From the human T2T-CHM13v2.0 reference genome, Homo sapiens, in assembly GCF_009914755.1 (NCBI RefSeq), contig NC_060930.1: DNA of 64,000 nucleotides; one strand, written 5' to 3'. The position numbers and the translations under genes are program-made. The notes below the pieces were generated by a model, which searched no databases, was not told the DNA's origin, and saw only the letters and a program-made list of their open reading frames with translations. Below, in pieces: positions 20,407-40,005 of the stretch (within the stretch, counting starts at the first letter, position 1; each line of letters opens with the position of its first letter).

Positions 20407-21224
20407 AGAAATTCAGAGCTGGAAGACAAGGTTTTCAAATTAACCCAATCTGACAAAGACAAAGAAAAAATAAGAAAATATGAACAAAGCCTCCAGGAAG
20501 TCTGGGATTATGTTAAATGACCAAACCTAAGAATAATCGGTGTTCCTGAGGAAGAAGAAAATTCTAAAAGCTTGGAAAACATATTTCAGGGAATAATCAA
20601 GGAATCCTTCCCTGGCCTTGCCACAGACTGAGAAATGCAAATACAAGAAGCACAAAAAACACCTGGGAAATTCTTCTCAAAAAGATCCTCGCCTAGGCAC
20701 ATTGTCATCAGGTTATCCAAAGTTAAGATGAAGGAAACAATCTTAAGAGCTGTGAGACAGAAGCACTAGGTAACCTGTAAAGTGGAACCTATCAGATTAA
20801 CAGATGTCTCAGCAGAAACCCTACAAGCTAGAAGGGATTGGGGCCCCATCTTCAACCTCCTCAAACAAAACCATTGTCAGCCAAGAATATTGTATCCAGC
20901 ATCCTATGTGAAGGAAAGATACAATCATTTTCAGACAGATGCTGAGAGAATTCACCATTATCAAGCCACTTCTACAAGAACTGCTAAAAGGAGCTCTAAA
21001 TCTTGAAACAAATCCTGGAAACATATCAAAACAGAACCTCTTTAAAGCATAAATCACACAGGATCTATAAAACAAAAATTCAAGTTTAAAAGCAAAAACA
21101 AAACAAACAAAAAAAAACAAAGTACACAGGCAACGAAGAGCATGATAAATGCAATTGTACCTCACATTTCAATACTAACATTGAATCTAAATGGCCTAAA
21201 AGCTCCACTTAAAAGATACAGAAC

Positions 21225-21505
21225 CAAATAATTTTCTGTTTTTTCCTTAGATAATCTTAATTTTTTATCATTACACAAAGCTAAATATTCAGTGGTGATG
21301 TAATGAAAAATTACATCTTACTGTTGATGTATGTATGCTGTGGTACACAGGTGTCATTTTGTTGTCCCAGTACTACAGTGAAATACACAAATAAAAAGTT
21401 TATATAATGACTTAAATGTATTATATGTTAGAATTGACAACATAAACTACTTTTGCTTTGAAATGATGTATGTTTTAGTAAAATCATATTCAAATTTTTA
21501 AAAAT
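21225..21505 (+). pseudogene. Probable 5'-truncated processed retrocopy of an mRNA 3' UTR inserted in L1PB ORF2; parent gene unidentified
   Basis: Non-L1 AT-rich insert flanked by GATACAGAAC (21215-21224 / 21506-21515) at a CTT/AAAA endonuclease site. AGTAAA at 21477-21482 precedes a short A run. Confidence 0.6.
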
Positions 21506-24500
21506 GATACAGAACTGCAGAATGGATAAGAACTCACCAACCAACTATCTGCTACCTTCTGGAGACTCACCTAACACATAAGGGCTTACATAAACTTAAA
21601 GGGGTAGAAAAAGACATTTCATGAAAATGGACACCAAAACTGAGCAGAAGTAGCTATTCTTATGTCAGAAAAAAAAAACTTTAAAGCAACAGTGGTTAGA
21701 AGAGGCAAAGAGGGACATTGTATAATGGTAAAAGGCCTTGTCCAACAGGAAAATATAACAATCCTAAACATACATGCACCTAACACTGGAGCTCCCAAAT
21801 TTATAAGACAATAACTAATAGACCTAAGAAATGAGATGGGCAGCAACACAATAATGGTGTGGGACTTCAATACACCACTGACAGCACTAGATAGGTCATC
21901 AAGACAAAGTCAACAAAGAAACAATGGATTTAAACTATACCTTGGAACAAATAGACTTAACAGACATTTATAGAACATTTCACCCAACAACTGCAGAATA
22001 CACATTCTATTTAACAGTGCATGGAACTTTCACCAAGATAGACCAGATGATAGGCCATAAAACAAGCCTCAATAAGTTTAAGAAAATTGAAATTATATCA
22101 AGCACTCTCTCAGACCACAGTGGAATAAAACTGGAAATAAACCCCCAAAAGGAACCTTCAAAACCACACAATACATGGAAATTAAATAACCTGCTCCTGA
22201 ATCATCATTGGGTTGAAAACGAAATCAAGATGGAAATTTAAAAATTCTTCAAACTGAATGACAATAATGACACAACCTATCAAAACCTCTGGGATATAGC
22301 TAAGGTGGTGCTAAAGGAAAGTTCATAGCCCTAAATGCCTACATCAAGAAGTCTGAAAGAGCACAAACAGACAATCTAAGGTCACATCTCAAGGAACTAG
22401 AGAAACAAGAACGAACTAAACCCAAACCCAGCAGAATAAAGGAAATAACCAAGATTAGAGCAGAACTAAATGAAATTTAATGAAATTGAAACAAAAAAAT
22501 ACAAAAGATAAAAAGCTGGTTATTTGAAAAGATAAATAAAATTGATAGACCATTAGCAAAATTAACCAAGAAGAGAAGAGAGAAAATCCAAACAACCTCA
22601 CTAAGAAACAAAACAGGAGATATTACAACTGACACCACTGAAATATAAAAGATCATTCAAGGTTACTATGAACACCTTTATGCACATAAACTAGAAAACC
22701 TAGAAGAAATGGATAAATTCCTGGAAAAATACAACCTCCTAGCTTAAATCAGGAAGAATTAGATACCCTGAACAGACCAATAACAAGCAGTGAGATTGAA
22801 GCAATAATTTAAAAATTACCAGCAAAAAAATGTCCAGGACCGGATGGATTCACAACAGAATTCTACCAGGCATTCAAAGAAGAATTGGTACCAATCCTTT
22901 TGACACTATTCCACAAGACAGAGAAAGAAGGAGCCCTCCCTAATTGATTCTATGAAGCCAGCATCACCCTAATACCAAAATCAAGACAGGACACAACCAA
23001 AAAAGAAAACTACAGACCCATATCCTTGATGAACATAGATGCTAAAATCCTTAACAAAATACTAGCTAACTGAATCCAACAACATATCAAAAAGATAACC
23101 TACCATCATCGAGTGAGTTTTATACCAGGGATGCAGGGATGGTTTAACATACACAAGTCAATCAATATGATACACCGTATAAACAGAATTAGAAATATCA
23201 CATGATCATCTCAATAGATGCATAAAAAGCATTCGACAAAATCTAGCATCCCTTTATGATTAAAACCCTCAGCAAAATTGGCATACAAGGGACATATCTT
23301 AATGTAACAAAAGCTATGATAAACCCACAGCCAACATAATACTGAATGGGGAAAAGTTGAAAGCATTCCCTCTGAGAATAGGAACAAGATAAGGATGCCC
23401 ACTTTCACCACTCCTCTTCAACATAGTACTGGAAGTCCTAGCCAGAGCAATCAGACAAGAGAAAGAAAGAAAGGACATCTAAATCAGTAAGGAGGAAGTC
23501 AAACTGTCCCTGTTTGCTGACAATATGATCATTTACCTTGAAAACCCTAAGGACTCCTCCAGAAGCTCCTACAACTGATAAAAGAATTCAACAAAGTTTC
23601 CAGATACAAGATTAATGTACGTAAATCAGTAGGTCTTCTATCCACCAACAGCAACCAAGCAGAGAATCAAATCAAGAACTCAACCCCTTTTACAATAGCT
23701 GCAAAAACAAACAAGCAAACAAAAAACAATAAAATACTTAGGAATATACCTAACAAAGGAGTTGAAAGACCTCTGCAAGGAAAACTACAAAACACTGCTG
23801 AAAGAAATAGATGATGCAAACAAATGGAAACACATCCCATGCTCATGGATGGGTAGAATCAATGTGAAAATGACCATGCTGCCAAAAGCAATCTACAAAT
23901 TCAATGCAATCCCCATCAAAATACCACCATCATTCTTCACAGAGTTAGAAAAGACAATTCTAAAATTCATATGGAACCAAAAAAGAGCCCACATTGTCAA
24001 AGCAAGACTAAGCAAAAAGAACAAATCTGGAGGCATCACACTACCTGATTTCAAACGATACTACAAGGCCACAGTCACCAAAACAGCATGGTACTGGTAT
24101 AGAAATAGGCGCATAGACCAATGGAACAGAATAGAGAACCCAGAAATAAACCCAAATACTTACAGCCAACTGATCTTTGACAAAGCAAACAAAAACATAA
24201 ACCAGGGAAGGGACACCCTTTTCAACAGATGGTGCTGGGATAATTGGCTAGCCACATGTAGGAGAATGAAACTGGATTCTCATCTCTCACCTTATATAAA
24301 AATCAACTCGATGGATTAAGGACTTAAACCTAAGACCTGAAACTATAAAAATTCTAGAAGATAACATTGGAAAAACCCTTCTAGACATTGGTTTAGGCAA
24401 GGATTTCATGACCAAGAACATAAAAGTAAATGCAGTAAAAACACAGATAAGTAGCTGGGACCTAATTAAACTAAAGAGCTTTTGCACGGCAAAAGGAACT

Positions 24501-25945
24501 GTCAGCAGAGTAAAGAGCCCACAGAGAGAAAATCTTCACAATCTACACATCTGACAGAGGACTAATATCCAGAATCTACAATGAACTCCAACAAATCAGA
24601 AAAAAATCCCACAAAAAGTGGGCTAAGGACATGAATAGATAATTTTCAAAAGAAGATACACAAATGGCCAACAAACATATGAACAAATACTCAACATCAC
24701 AAATGATCAGGGAAATGCAAATCAAAACCGCAATGTGATACCACCTTACTCCTGCAAGAATGGCCATAATCAAAAAATAAAAAAAAAACAGTAGATGTTG
24801 GCGTGGATGTGGTGATCAGGGAACACTTCCACACTGCTGGTAGGAATGTAAACTAGTACAGCTGCTATGAAAGACAGTGTGGAGATTCCTTAAAGAGCTA
24901 AAAGTAGAACTAGCATTTGATCCAGCAATCTCACTAGTGGGTATCTACCCAGAGGAAAAGAAGTCATTATTTGAAAAAGATACTTGCACACACATGTTTA
25001 TTGGCAGCACAATTCACAATTGCAAAATCGTATAACCAGCCCAAATGCCCATCAATCAATGAGTGGATAAAGAAACTGAGATATACATAGATATAGATAT
25101 ATGATAGAATACTATTCAGCCATAAAATGGAATGAATTAACAGCATTTGCAGTGACCTGGATGAAATTGGAGACTATTATTCTAAGGGAAGTAACTCAGG
25201 AATGGAAAACCAAACATTGTATGTTCTCACTGATATGTGGTAGCTAAACTATGAGAACGCAGAGGCATAAAAATGATACAATGGACTTTTGGGACATGGG
25301 AGGGAAGAGTGCGGGGGGACGAGGGAAAAAATACTACAAATATGGTGTGGTGTATACTGTTCGGGTGATGGGTGCACCAAAATCTCACAAATCACCACTA
25401 AAGAACTTATTTAACCAAATACCTGTAACCCAATAACTTATGGAAAAATAAATTAATTAATTGTTTTTAAAAAAGAAAGAACTGGAGTGAAAAATGAAGG
25501 CAGTGCTGGAGTACAGAGAAGTAATTACCAAAGATCACAACAGAGAAGTGTTAATAGCTGCAGACAACACATTCGATATCAATTCCTAATGGCAGACACT
25601 GTGGGTTCCTGTGTGGTTTCTTTTACGCTGAATTATGGCACTGAAGCAAACTGTTAATCACAAAAGGTGGAGATGAAGCCTTCTTGATGCTGACCTATAG
25701 CTCTTATTCAGTCATCTTTGGCAAATGCTGTTCCAGGGCATCACAAGCTCTACTCATGGGGTTGAAAGTGTTTCTCTTATACTCATTTTAGTTCATGAGG
25801 AGACAGCTTTCTTCCAAATCCATTTATCCTGATTGATTTTTAAGGAATCAGGTTTCAGGTTCCAGGCAAAGCAAATTCAGGATAAATAAAATAGAAACAC
25901 CGATAAGATAGGACACTTCTATTTGCTTGAGTAAGTATCCATTGC

Positions 25946-25992
<47 letters not shown>
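25946..25992. repeat. (TA)n microsatellite
   Basis: Direct observation. Confidence 0.97.
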
Positions 25993-25995
<3 letters not shown>

Positions 25996-26009
25996 CTGTA
26001 TATGTGTAT

Positions 26010-27015
26010 ATATTTAGTTACTTTGGCATAATTTTAGATGTATGGAAAATTGCAAATATAGTAGAGAGAGTTCCTATATACTCTTCATCAGCTTCCCCTG
26101 ATGTGAACATCTTATATAATATTGATGTATTTGTCAAAACTAAGAAAATAACATGGGAATACTATTAATTCAACTAGAGATTTTATTCATATTTCATGAG
26201 CTTTCCCACTACTGTACTTCTTCTGTTCCAAGGTCCTATCCAGGATGTCATATTGCAAGTAGTGGTAGTGTCTCTTTAGTGTCCTCTCGGCTGTGACAGT
26301 TTTTCAGTCTTTCCTTGTTTTTCATGAACTTGACAATTTTGAAGAGTATTGGTCAAGTACTTTGTAGATGCCCCTCTGTTTGGCTTCTCAGATGTTTTCT
26401 GATGGGGTAGCAGTTTGGGAGATGAATACTACAGAGGTAAAGTGCCATTCTCCTCACATTATATGGAGGAAAATACATGATGAATATGACTTATCACTAG
26501 TGATACTAACCTTGATCACCTGGTCAAGGTCATATTTGCTAGGTTTTATCCACTGCCAAATTGCTGTTACCTTTCCCATTTGCTGCAGTCTGTCCTTTGC
26601 AAGCAAGTTACTAATTCAAGTGGGGAAGGGGATTAAGTTCTACCTACTCGAGGGTGGAGAGCTATATACATTATTTGTAGTTCTTTGTAAGGAGGACTTG
26701 TCTCTTCTCCCACATTTATTTCTTCATAATTTATTTACATCAGTACGGACTTGTGGATATTTATGTGATACTTTGGATTCCAATCCAATGCTATTTACTT
26801 CATTGCTCAAATTGTTCCAGCTTTGCCCACTGGGAGCTCTTTTAGGCTCACTCTTGTTTCCCTTTGACATGCCTCATCTTTTAAACTTTTTATGCATTTA
26901 TTTATGTTTTGAGCACTTTCTTTCAGGCACTGAGAGATGTTCCAGGCTTATCTTGTACTTTTGCAGCCCTATGATCAGCCATTTATTCAAGAAGCCCTGG
27001 TGCCTTTCATCAGAG
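26010..27015 (-). mobile_element. Old L1M (L1MC-like) 3' fragment
   Basis: Motifs such as CCTTGATCACCTGG..AAGGT and ATCAGCCATTT.TTCAAGAAGCCCTGG. Confidence 0.6.
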
Positions 27016-27705
27016 ACTTGTACCTTATATTTAATATTATTCTGGAAGCCTTAGCAGTGCTCTCTGCAGAGAAAATTTTGGCACAAATGAAATCACTTTG
27101 GGTGCAGACTGAGAGAATGAAATGTTAGTAGTATTAGGAAGCCTTACAAGGGGCTTCAGGGCATGGATCCAGAGGGTTTGAAATTGTGTGTCAAGTGACA
27201 GGGTTACCACGTCTTGGTTTTTCAGAATTGATGCAGGGGAATACAAATTCTTTTGCCCAGTCTTTCAACAGCAATTGGGGTGCCTAAGTCAAATAGGTTT
27301 TTGTCTTTGTTATCTGTGATTCTCAATCCTGTGGAATTATCTTAATGCCTCTATTGCCAACAGTTGTTTCAGTTAGAAATCTCTTTTGTGAGTCATAAAT
27401 CGTTGCAAATTGTTGTTTGTGGATGTTATAAACAAAGAATAGACTGGAGATGCCGTGGAGATTATTGAGTAAGAGTGAATTGCTGTTAATAGCAGAGAGA
27501 TAATATTGAAGAAAAGTTGCTGACTGTTACTATGAAGTAGATGACTTTGGTCAGAATGTTCCTTAAAAAAAGTTAACTTTACTATTTTTGTAGCAGGACA
27601 ACCTGTTAAGATACTATTTTTATGTTTTATTTATACTGTTGTAGAAGATTCAAAGAATAAAGAGTTAATTCCTACCCATCCTTTCTCCTTCTTCCCCTAC
27701 TTCCT

Positions 27706-27707
<2 letters not shown>

Positions 27708-27763
<56 letters not shown>
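27708..27763. repeat. (CA)n microsatellite
   Basis: Direct observation; about 27 uninterrupted units. Confidence 0.97.
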
Positions 27764-27766
<3 letters not shown>

Positions 27767-28022
27767 CACCTCCATATATTGAGTATTAGATATTTGCTCT
27801 TGAGCTCTGGTATCTCTAGCCCCTGGAAGAAATTATCAGTGACTTCGGGCCAAATTCTGAGGAACAAGATTGTAAACTGATTGTCTGAAAGCAGGAGGGA
27901 GCAAGCCTGTATTCTTCAAGAAAGGAAGGGGCTGAGATGGAATCTCTAGAAACTACATTACCCTGGAGTTGTCTGGACTTTGGTACAGGGGATAGGAGAG
28001 GGTAAAGTGGGATGTCTGTATG

Positions 28023-28556
28023 TCAGCCAGTGGACAGCTGGAAGGCCCACTGTGAGAAGCACCATTGCCCAGTGCCTGGGCCATGGGAAAATAAACAATA
28101 GTAGCGGGAGGAGCCAAGATGGCTGAATAGGAACAGCTCCGGTCTACAGCTCCCAGCGTGAGCGACGCAGAAGATGGGCGATTTCTGCATTTCCATCTGA
28201 GGTACTGGGTTCATCTCACTAGGGAGTGCCAGACAGTGGGCGCAGGACAGTGGGTGCAGTGCACCATGTGCCAGCTGAAGCAGGGCGAGGCATTGCCTCA
28301 CTCGGGAAGTGCAAGGCATCAGGGAGTTCCCTTTCCTGGTCAAGGAAAGGGGTGACAAAGGGCACCTGGAAAATCTGGCCACTCCCACCCGAATACCGTG
28401 CTTTTCTGACGGGCTTAGGAAATGGCGCACCAGGAGATTATATCCCGCACATGGCTGGGAGGGTCCTACGCCCACGGAGTCTCGCTGATTGCTAGCACAG
28501 CAGTCTGAGATCAAACTGCAAGGCAGCAGCGAGGCTAGGGGAGGGGCGCCCACCAT
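28023..28556 (-). CDS. L1 antisense ORF0 homologue, extended to 177 aa and ending in flanking DNA (putative, expression unknown)
   Basis: MVGAPPLASLLPCSLISDCCASNQRDSVGVGPS matches the ORF0 N-terminus. ATG context GCAATGG. The frame is open to the stop at 28023. Confidence 0.4.
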   Translation of the reverse strand: MVGAPPLASLLPCSLISDCCASNQRDSVGVGPSQPCAGYNLLVRHFLSPSEKHGIRVGVARFSRCPLSPLSLTRKGNSLMPCTSRVRQCLALLQLAHGALHPLSCAHCLALPSEMNPVPQMEMQKSPIFCVAHAGSCRPELFLFSHLGSSRYYCLFSHGPGTGQWCFSQWAFQLSTG

Positions 28557-29139
28557 TGCCCAGGCTCCCTTAGGTAAACAAAGCAGCCGGGAAGCTGGAA
28601 CTGGGTGGAGCCCACCACAGCTCAAGGAGGCCTGCCAGCCTCTGTAGGCTCCACCTCTGGGGGCAGGGCACAGACAAACAAAAAGACAGCAGTAACCTCT
28701 GCAGACTTAAATGTCCCTGTCTGACAGCTCTGAGGAGAGCAGTGGTTCTCCCAGCACGCAGCTGGAGATCTGAGAATGGGCAGACTGCCTCCTCAAGTGG
28801 GTCCCTGACCCCTGACCCCCGAGCAGCCTAACTGGGAGGCAACCCCCAGTAGGGGCAGACTGTCACCTCACAGGGCCGGGTACTCCTCTGAGACAAAACT
28901 TCCAGAGGAACGATCAGACAGCAGCATTTGCGGATCACGAAAATCCGTGGTTCTGCAGACACTGCTGCTGATACCCAGGCAAACAGGGTCTGGAGTGGAC
29001 TTCTAGCAAACTCCAACAGACCTGCAGCTGAGGGTTCTTTCTGTTAGAAGGAAAACTAACAAACAGAAAGGACATCCACACCAAAAACCCATCTGTATAT
29101 CACCATCATCAAAGACCAAAAGTAGATAAAACCACAAAG

Positions 29140-30156
29140 ATGGGGAAAAAACAGAGCAGAAAAACTGGGAACTCTAAAAAGCAGAGTGCCTCTCCTCTTC
29201 CAAAGGAATGCAGTTCCTCACCAGCAATGGAACAAAGCTGGACGGAGAATGACTTTGAAGAGTTGAGAGAAGAAGGCTTCAGACGATCAAACTACTCCGA
29301 GCTACAGGAGGAAATTCAAACCAAAGGCAAATAAGTTGAAAACTTTGAAAAAAATTTAGACGAATGTGTAACTAGAATAACCAATACAGAGATGTGCTTA
29401 AAGGAGCTGATGGAGCTGAAAGCCAAGGCTTGAGAACTACGTGAAGAATGCAGAAGCCTCAGGAGCCGATGCGATCAACTGGAAGAAAGGGTATCAGTGA
29501 TGGAAGATGAAATGAATGAAATGAAGCCAGAAGGGAAGTTTAGAGAAAAAAGAATAAAAAGAAACGAACAAAGCCTCCAAGAAATATGGGACTATGTGAA
29601 AAGACCAAATCTGCGTCTGATTGGTGTATCTGAAAGTGACAGGGAGAATGGAACCAAGTTGGAAAACACTCTGCAGGATATTATCCAGGAGAACTTCCCC
29701 AATCTAGCAAGGCAGGCCAACGTTCAGATTCAGGAAACACAGAGAATGCCACAAAGATACTCCTCGAGAAGAGCAACTCCAAGACACATAATTGTCAGAT
29801 TCACCAAAGCTGAAATGAAGGAAAAAATGTTAAGGGCAGCCAGAGAGAAAGGTCGGGTTACCCACAAAGGGAAGCCCATCAGACTAACAGCTGATCTCTC
29901 AGCAGAAACTCTACAAGCCAGAAGAGAGTGGGGGCCGATATTCAACATTCTTAAAGAAAAGAAATTTCAACCCAGAATTTCATATCCAGCCAAACTAAGC
30001 TTCATAAGTGAAGGAGAAAGAAAATCCTTTACAGACAAGCAAATGCTGAGAGATTTTGTCACCACCAGGCCTGCCCTAAAAGAGCTCCTGAAGGAAGCAC
30101 GAAACATGGAAAGGCACAACCGGTACCAGCCGCTGCAAAATCATGCCAAAATGTAA
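29140..30156 (+). pseudogene. L1 ORF1p, interrupted by stops
   Basis: MGKKQSRKTGNSK...LQNHAKM, with in-frame TAA at 29332-29334 and TGA near 29431. Confidence 0.92.
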
Positions 30157-30219
30157 AGACCATCGGGACTAGGAAGAAACTGCATGAATTAACGAGCAAA
30201 ATCACCAGCTAACATCATA

Positions 30220-34033
<3,814 letters not shown>

Positions 34034-34454
34034 ACAATGAGAACACATGGACACAGGAAGGGGAACATCACACTCTGGGGACTGTTGTGGGGTCGGGGGA
34101 TGGAGGAGGGATAGCTTTAGGAGATATACCTAATGCTGAATGACGAGTTAATGGGTGCAGCACACCAGCATGGCACATGTATACATATGTAACTAACCTG
34201 CACATTGTGCACATGTACCCTAAAACTTAAAGTATAATAATAATTAAAAAAAAAGAAAAGAAACAGTAGTGAAATAACAGCAGCCACAGACTGAAAGCTT
34301 CTTGCAGGATGCTTCCATAATTATGGGGAGGGGAAGGAAACTTGAAAATGATGACAGTATGTATAAATCAGCCTTGGTGAATGATGGATGTAGACCAGAT
34401 TTGCTCTGATTAGAAAAGTAAAGAATGATTACAACATCTGAACTGGAAGAATGG

Positions 34455-34925
34455 CTACCGTGACTCACAGGACACAGCATATAATGGTACTCATGGCTAT
34501 GATTTATTACAGTGAAAGGACAAGCACAGCAGAGGGAAAAAGTGCATGGGACAAAGTCCATGTAGACCAGGCACAAACTTCCAAGGGTCCTCTGCCAGGG
34601 TAGTCACACATGATTCCCTTAATTCCCCCAGCCATGAGTTGTAACAACACATGTGAAACGTTACCAACATTAGAGACTTAGTGTCCAGGGTTCTTACTGG
34701 GGGCTGATCATGTAAGCACCCTCTGCTTGGTATTATACCCAAGTTCCAGATTCCTGTAAGGAAAGTATTGTTCATCGTAAACCACACTGTGTGGACAAAT
34801 AGTTTAGATGCAGTGAGCCACACTTACCGGTTAATGATGGAAATCTTCCCAAAATCTAAGTTCCCAAGACACCAGCCAAGAGCCAACCTTGTAAGCAGGA
34901 CTTTGAACATTAACTCTTTTCTGCA
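34455..34925. mobile_element. MER21-like LTR fragment
   Basis: GACTCACAGGAC.CAGCATAT..GTACTCATGGCTATGATTTATTACAGTGAAAGGA resembles MER21. Confidence 0.6.
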
Positions 34926-35084
34926 CGGCATGGCTTTGGATTCTGTTTAAGTAGGGCAAATGGACAGAAGAACTTTTGTACCACTCTCACTCCTTCAGAA
35001 TGTATGGGCACTACTGGTGGTTTTGACTGGCCCTTTATCTCCACCGTACCTAAAGAATTTTTAATGTATGGAGGTGATTGACCA

Positions 35085-35565
35085 CATAGGCTAATGCCAC
35101 TGAAAAAAGAATGTATTATTTACAGTTCCCAAGAGAGTGGGAGCATGGCATGCCACACAGAGCCACATGGTAAGCACTAGGTTTGGTCAGGAGGCAGAAA
35201 AAGTAAAAGGAAAGTAGAGCCTTTATTGTGTTTTTCTTGAGAAAGGCAAGGCAGGGCATGGGCCACAGCTTGGGATTAGCTAGTTTGAACAATGTTGGCG
35301 GGATCTGGGTGGTTTCTGATTGTCTGGTACCTGGCTCTGGATTGATTTAAGACAAGATAATTATTGGTTTTGTGTGTGAGGGTCAGATAAAGTAGGGGTG
35401 GCTGGGAATATGAACTCGGGACTGATTTGTTTGTATATGAAAGAAATGCTTTCAGGCAACTTGTTATCTCTAGGAATTAGCCCTGGGAAAAGGCAGTCTC
35501 TCTCTGGCCAGCAAAGCCCCCAAGATGTCAAAACATCATAATATATACACATGATTACTATACTG
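35085..35565. mobile_element. Degenerate ERV LTR fragment (family uncertain)
   Basis: LTR-like motifs (GGAATTAGCCCTGGGAAAAGGCAGTCTCTC..AAGCCCCCAAGATGTCAAAACATCA). Confidence 0.45.
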
Positions 35566-36219
35566 TTAGTCCCAGTTCTTATTGCACAACCACTATGTGG
35601 TCATTTACTGTCATCCTCATTTGTCTCCATTGATCAGATTTCCACACAGAGGCAGACACATCTACAAAGACCAAAGGATTGATAAAGTTGGTGTCAACTG
35701 GGACTTCTCATAGACTCCTAAGGAAAATCACTGACGAACGTGCAATGAAATGTTTTAGAAACATTTGAGAAGATGACTGGAAAGAGAGCAACAGAGATTT
35801 TAACTGGGTAGAAAGATCTATTTTAGGAGAGTGGATAAGTTATACAGGAATATTGGCTAACTATTTGGTTTTCATGAATGAGCGTATAGACTGAAATCAG
35901 TTGAGTTAGGGGAAGGGGTAGGGAAGTTTGTCACTGGTTGTTCTTAGACATGTGGGTTGAGAAGCAACTGAGAGGTATCTTTTGAGTTGGAAGATGAGGT
36001 GTTCAAAAGCATGTAAGAAAGGAGAGTCCTGTATCTGAGAGTGAGGGAATGGGAATGATTAAAGAAGCCAAGGGGTAGTTTGCAGATAGGAAGGTCAGTA
36101 AAGAGCCTTGTAGGGAAACAAGCCAGGGACAAAAAGGTGCTGGATGTTAAGAATAAAAAAAGGGAAGACAAATTCTCTAGTCTTGGCAATATGAAGAATG
36201 AAGGGCAAAACAATAGGAA

Positions 36220-36645
36220 CAGCCCAAGTGCCCTTTGAGAGATGAGTGGATAATCAAATGTGGTCTATCCATACAGTGGACTATTCAGCCATAAAAAGGA
36301 ATGAAACTGCTGATACATACAACAATAATATGGATGCATCTTGAAAACATTATGAGTGAAATAAGCCAGACACAAAAGGACAAATATTGTATGATGCCAC
36401 TTATATGAGGTAGGGCAAATGCATAGAGACAGAAAATAAAATAGTGGTTAGCAGAGGTGGACAGAGAGGAGGGAATAGGAGTTATTTTTAATGACTACAG
36501 GGTTCATTTGGGTTGATGAAAAGGCCCTGGAGATAGACAGTAGTGATGGTTATACAACATCGTGAAAGTACTTAATGCCACTGAATTGTTAAAATGGTTA
36601 TAGTGGTAAATTTTAGGTTATATATATTTTACCACAATGAAAAGA
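36220..36645 (+). mobile_element. L1MB-like 3' end fragment
   Basis: AAATAAGCCAGACACAAAAGGACAAATATTGTATGA...GTACTTAATGCCACTGAATTG...TATATTTTACCACAAT. Confidence 0.8.
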
Positions 36646-37498
36646 AAAAACCATGATGAAAAAAAGAATAAATGGCAGTTGAATAGTGACTCTGAGATAA
36701 ACCTGGAGAACAAGATGGGTGGTGGTCATTTGATGACTGGTAAAGCCAATACCAAGGTCATAGACCCTGTGGGCCTATCATCTTTCTCTAGTGCCTGGCC
36801 ACTGCCTCTTCTGTTACTCCTGGTTGAGTACTGTGAATGATGGTTTGAGTCCAAGGAAGACAGGAGGGAGTACTGACAGAACAATGCATGTTTATCACTT
36901 CTCCTGAAAAATAAACACCTTATGATAATGAGTCAGGAAATTGGTCTCTGTATGTGTGTGTAACACAAAGACTATACTAGTAATTAAACCATGGGGGTAT
37001 AACTCTGTGAAAAATAAATTAAAGGACCAGCTACTTTTGTGGAAAGAGTACCAAATAAGGCTTTCATATCTGTGAGTTCTTGTTCTCACTTTTTCTTAAT
37101 TGCTTGAGATTGGACAGGTCATTCCCCTCTCTGGATCTGTTTTCTTAATTTCCCTTCACTTTAAAATAAGGAGGTTATTTATTTTATTTCTGTTTTTAGT
37201 AGTTATTCTTAAAATTTTAAAGTCATTAGTTCTGTCTACAATTAATCAGTATCTATACCTTTGGGAATGGCACTGCTGACGGCCATCCCAAAGGTCCATC
37301 TACATCCTTTCCTTGTGGTAGTTTGCCTCCCGCTAAGGTGTGGAAGAACATAGATGCTCTCTTTGACAGCCTACCTTCCATCAGGAACCTAAGTATGTGA
37401 CAGAATCCCTGCCTGGGGCTAAGGGGAAGTCTGCTGAATGGGAAAGTTGCTTGCTAGGAAATGAGACACACATGAGGAGCAATGTCACTGCTCCTCAT

Positions 37499-38236
<738 letters not shown>

Positions 38237-38276
38237 AATAAATTTCTTAATGTATACATATATATGAAGATATATA

Positions 38277-38727
<451 letters not shown>

Positions 38728-38734
38728 ACTAGTA

Positions 38735-40005
<1,271 letters not shown>

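Larger units (their letters stand above)
18335..25474 (+). mobile_element. Near-full-length L1PB1-like element, disrupted
   Basis: Perfect 15-bp TSD GAAAGAACTGGAGTG at 18320-18334 and 25475-25489. L1PB-type 5' UTR from ~18450. ORF1 fragments 19724-21006; ORF2 fragments (e.g. 21924-22241, 23762-24319). L1PB 3' UTR GGGTGCACCAAAATCTCACAAATCACCACTAAAGAAC. Confidence 0.9.

Noticed and set aside
26368-27054. 228-aa ORF on the + strand
   Set aside because: It lies antisense within an old L1M fragment, is Leu/Cys/Phe-rich with no recognisable domain, and has no splice or promoter support.
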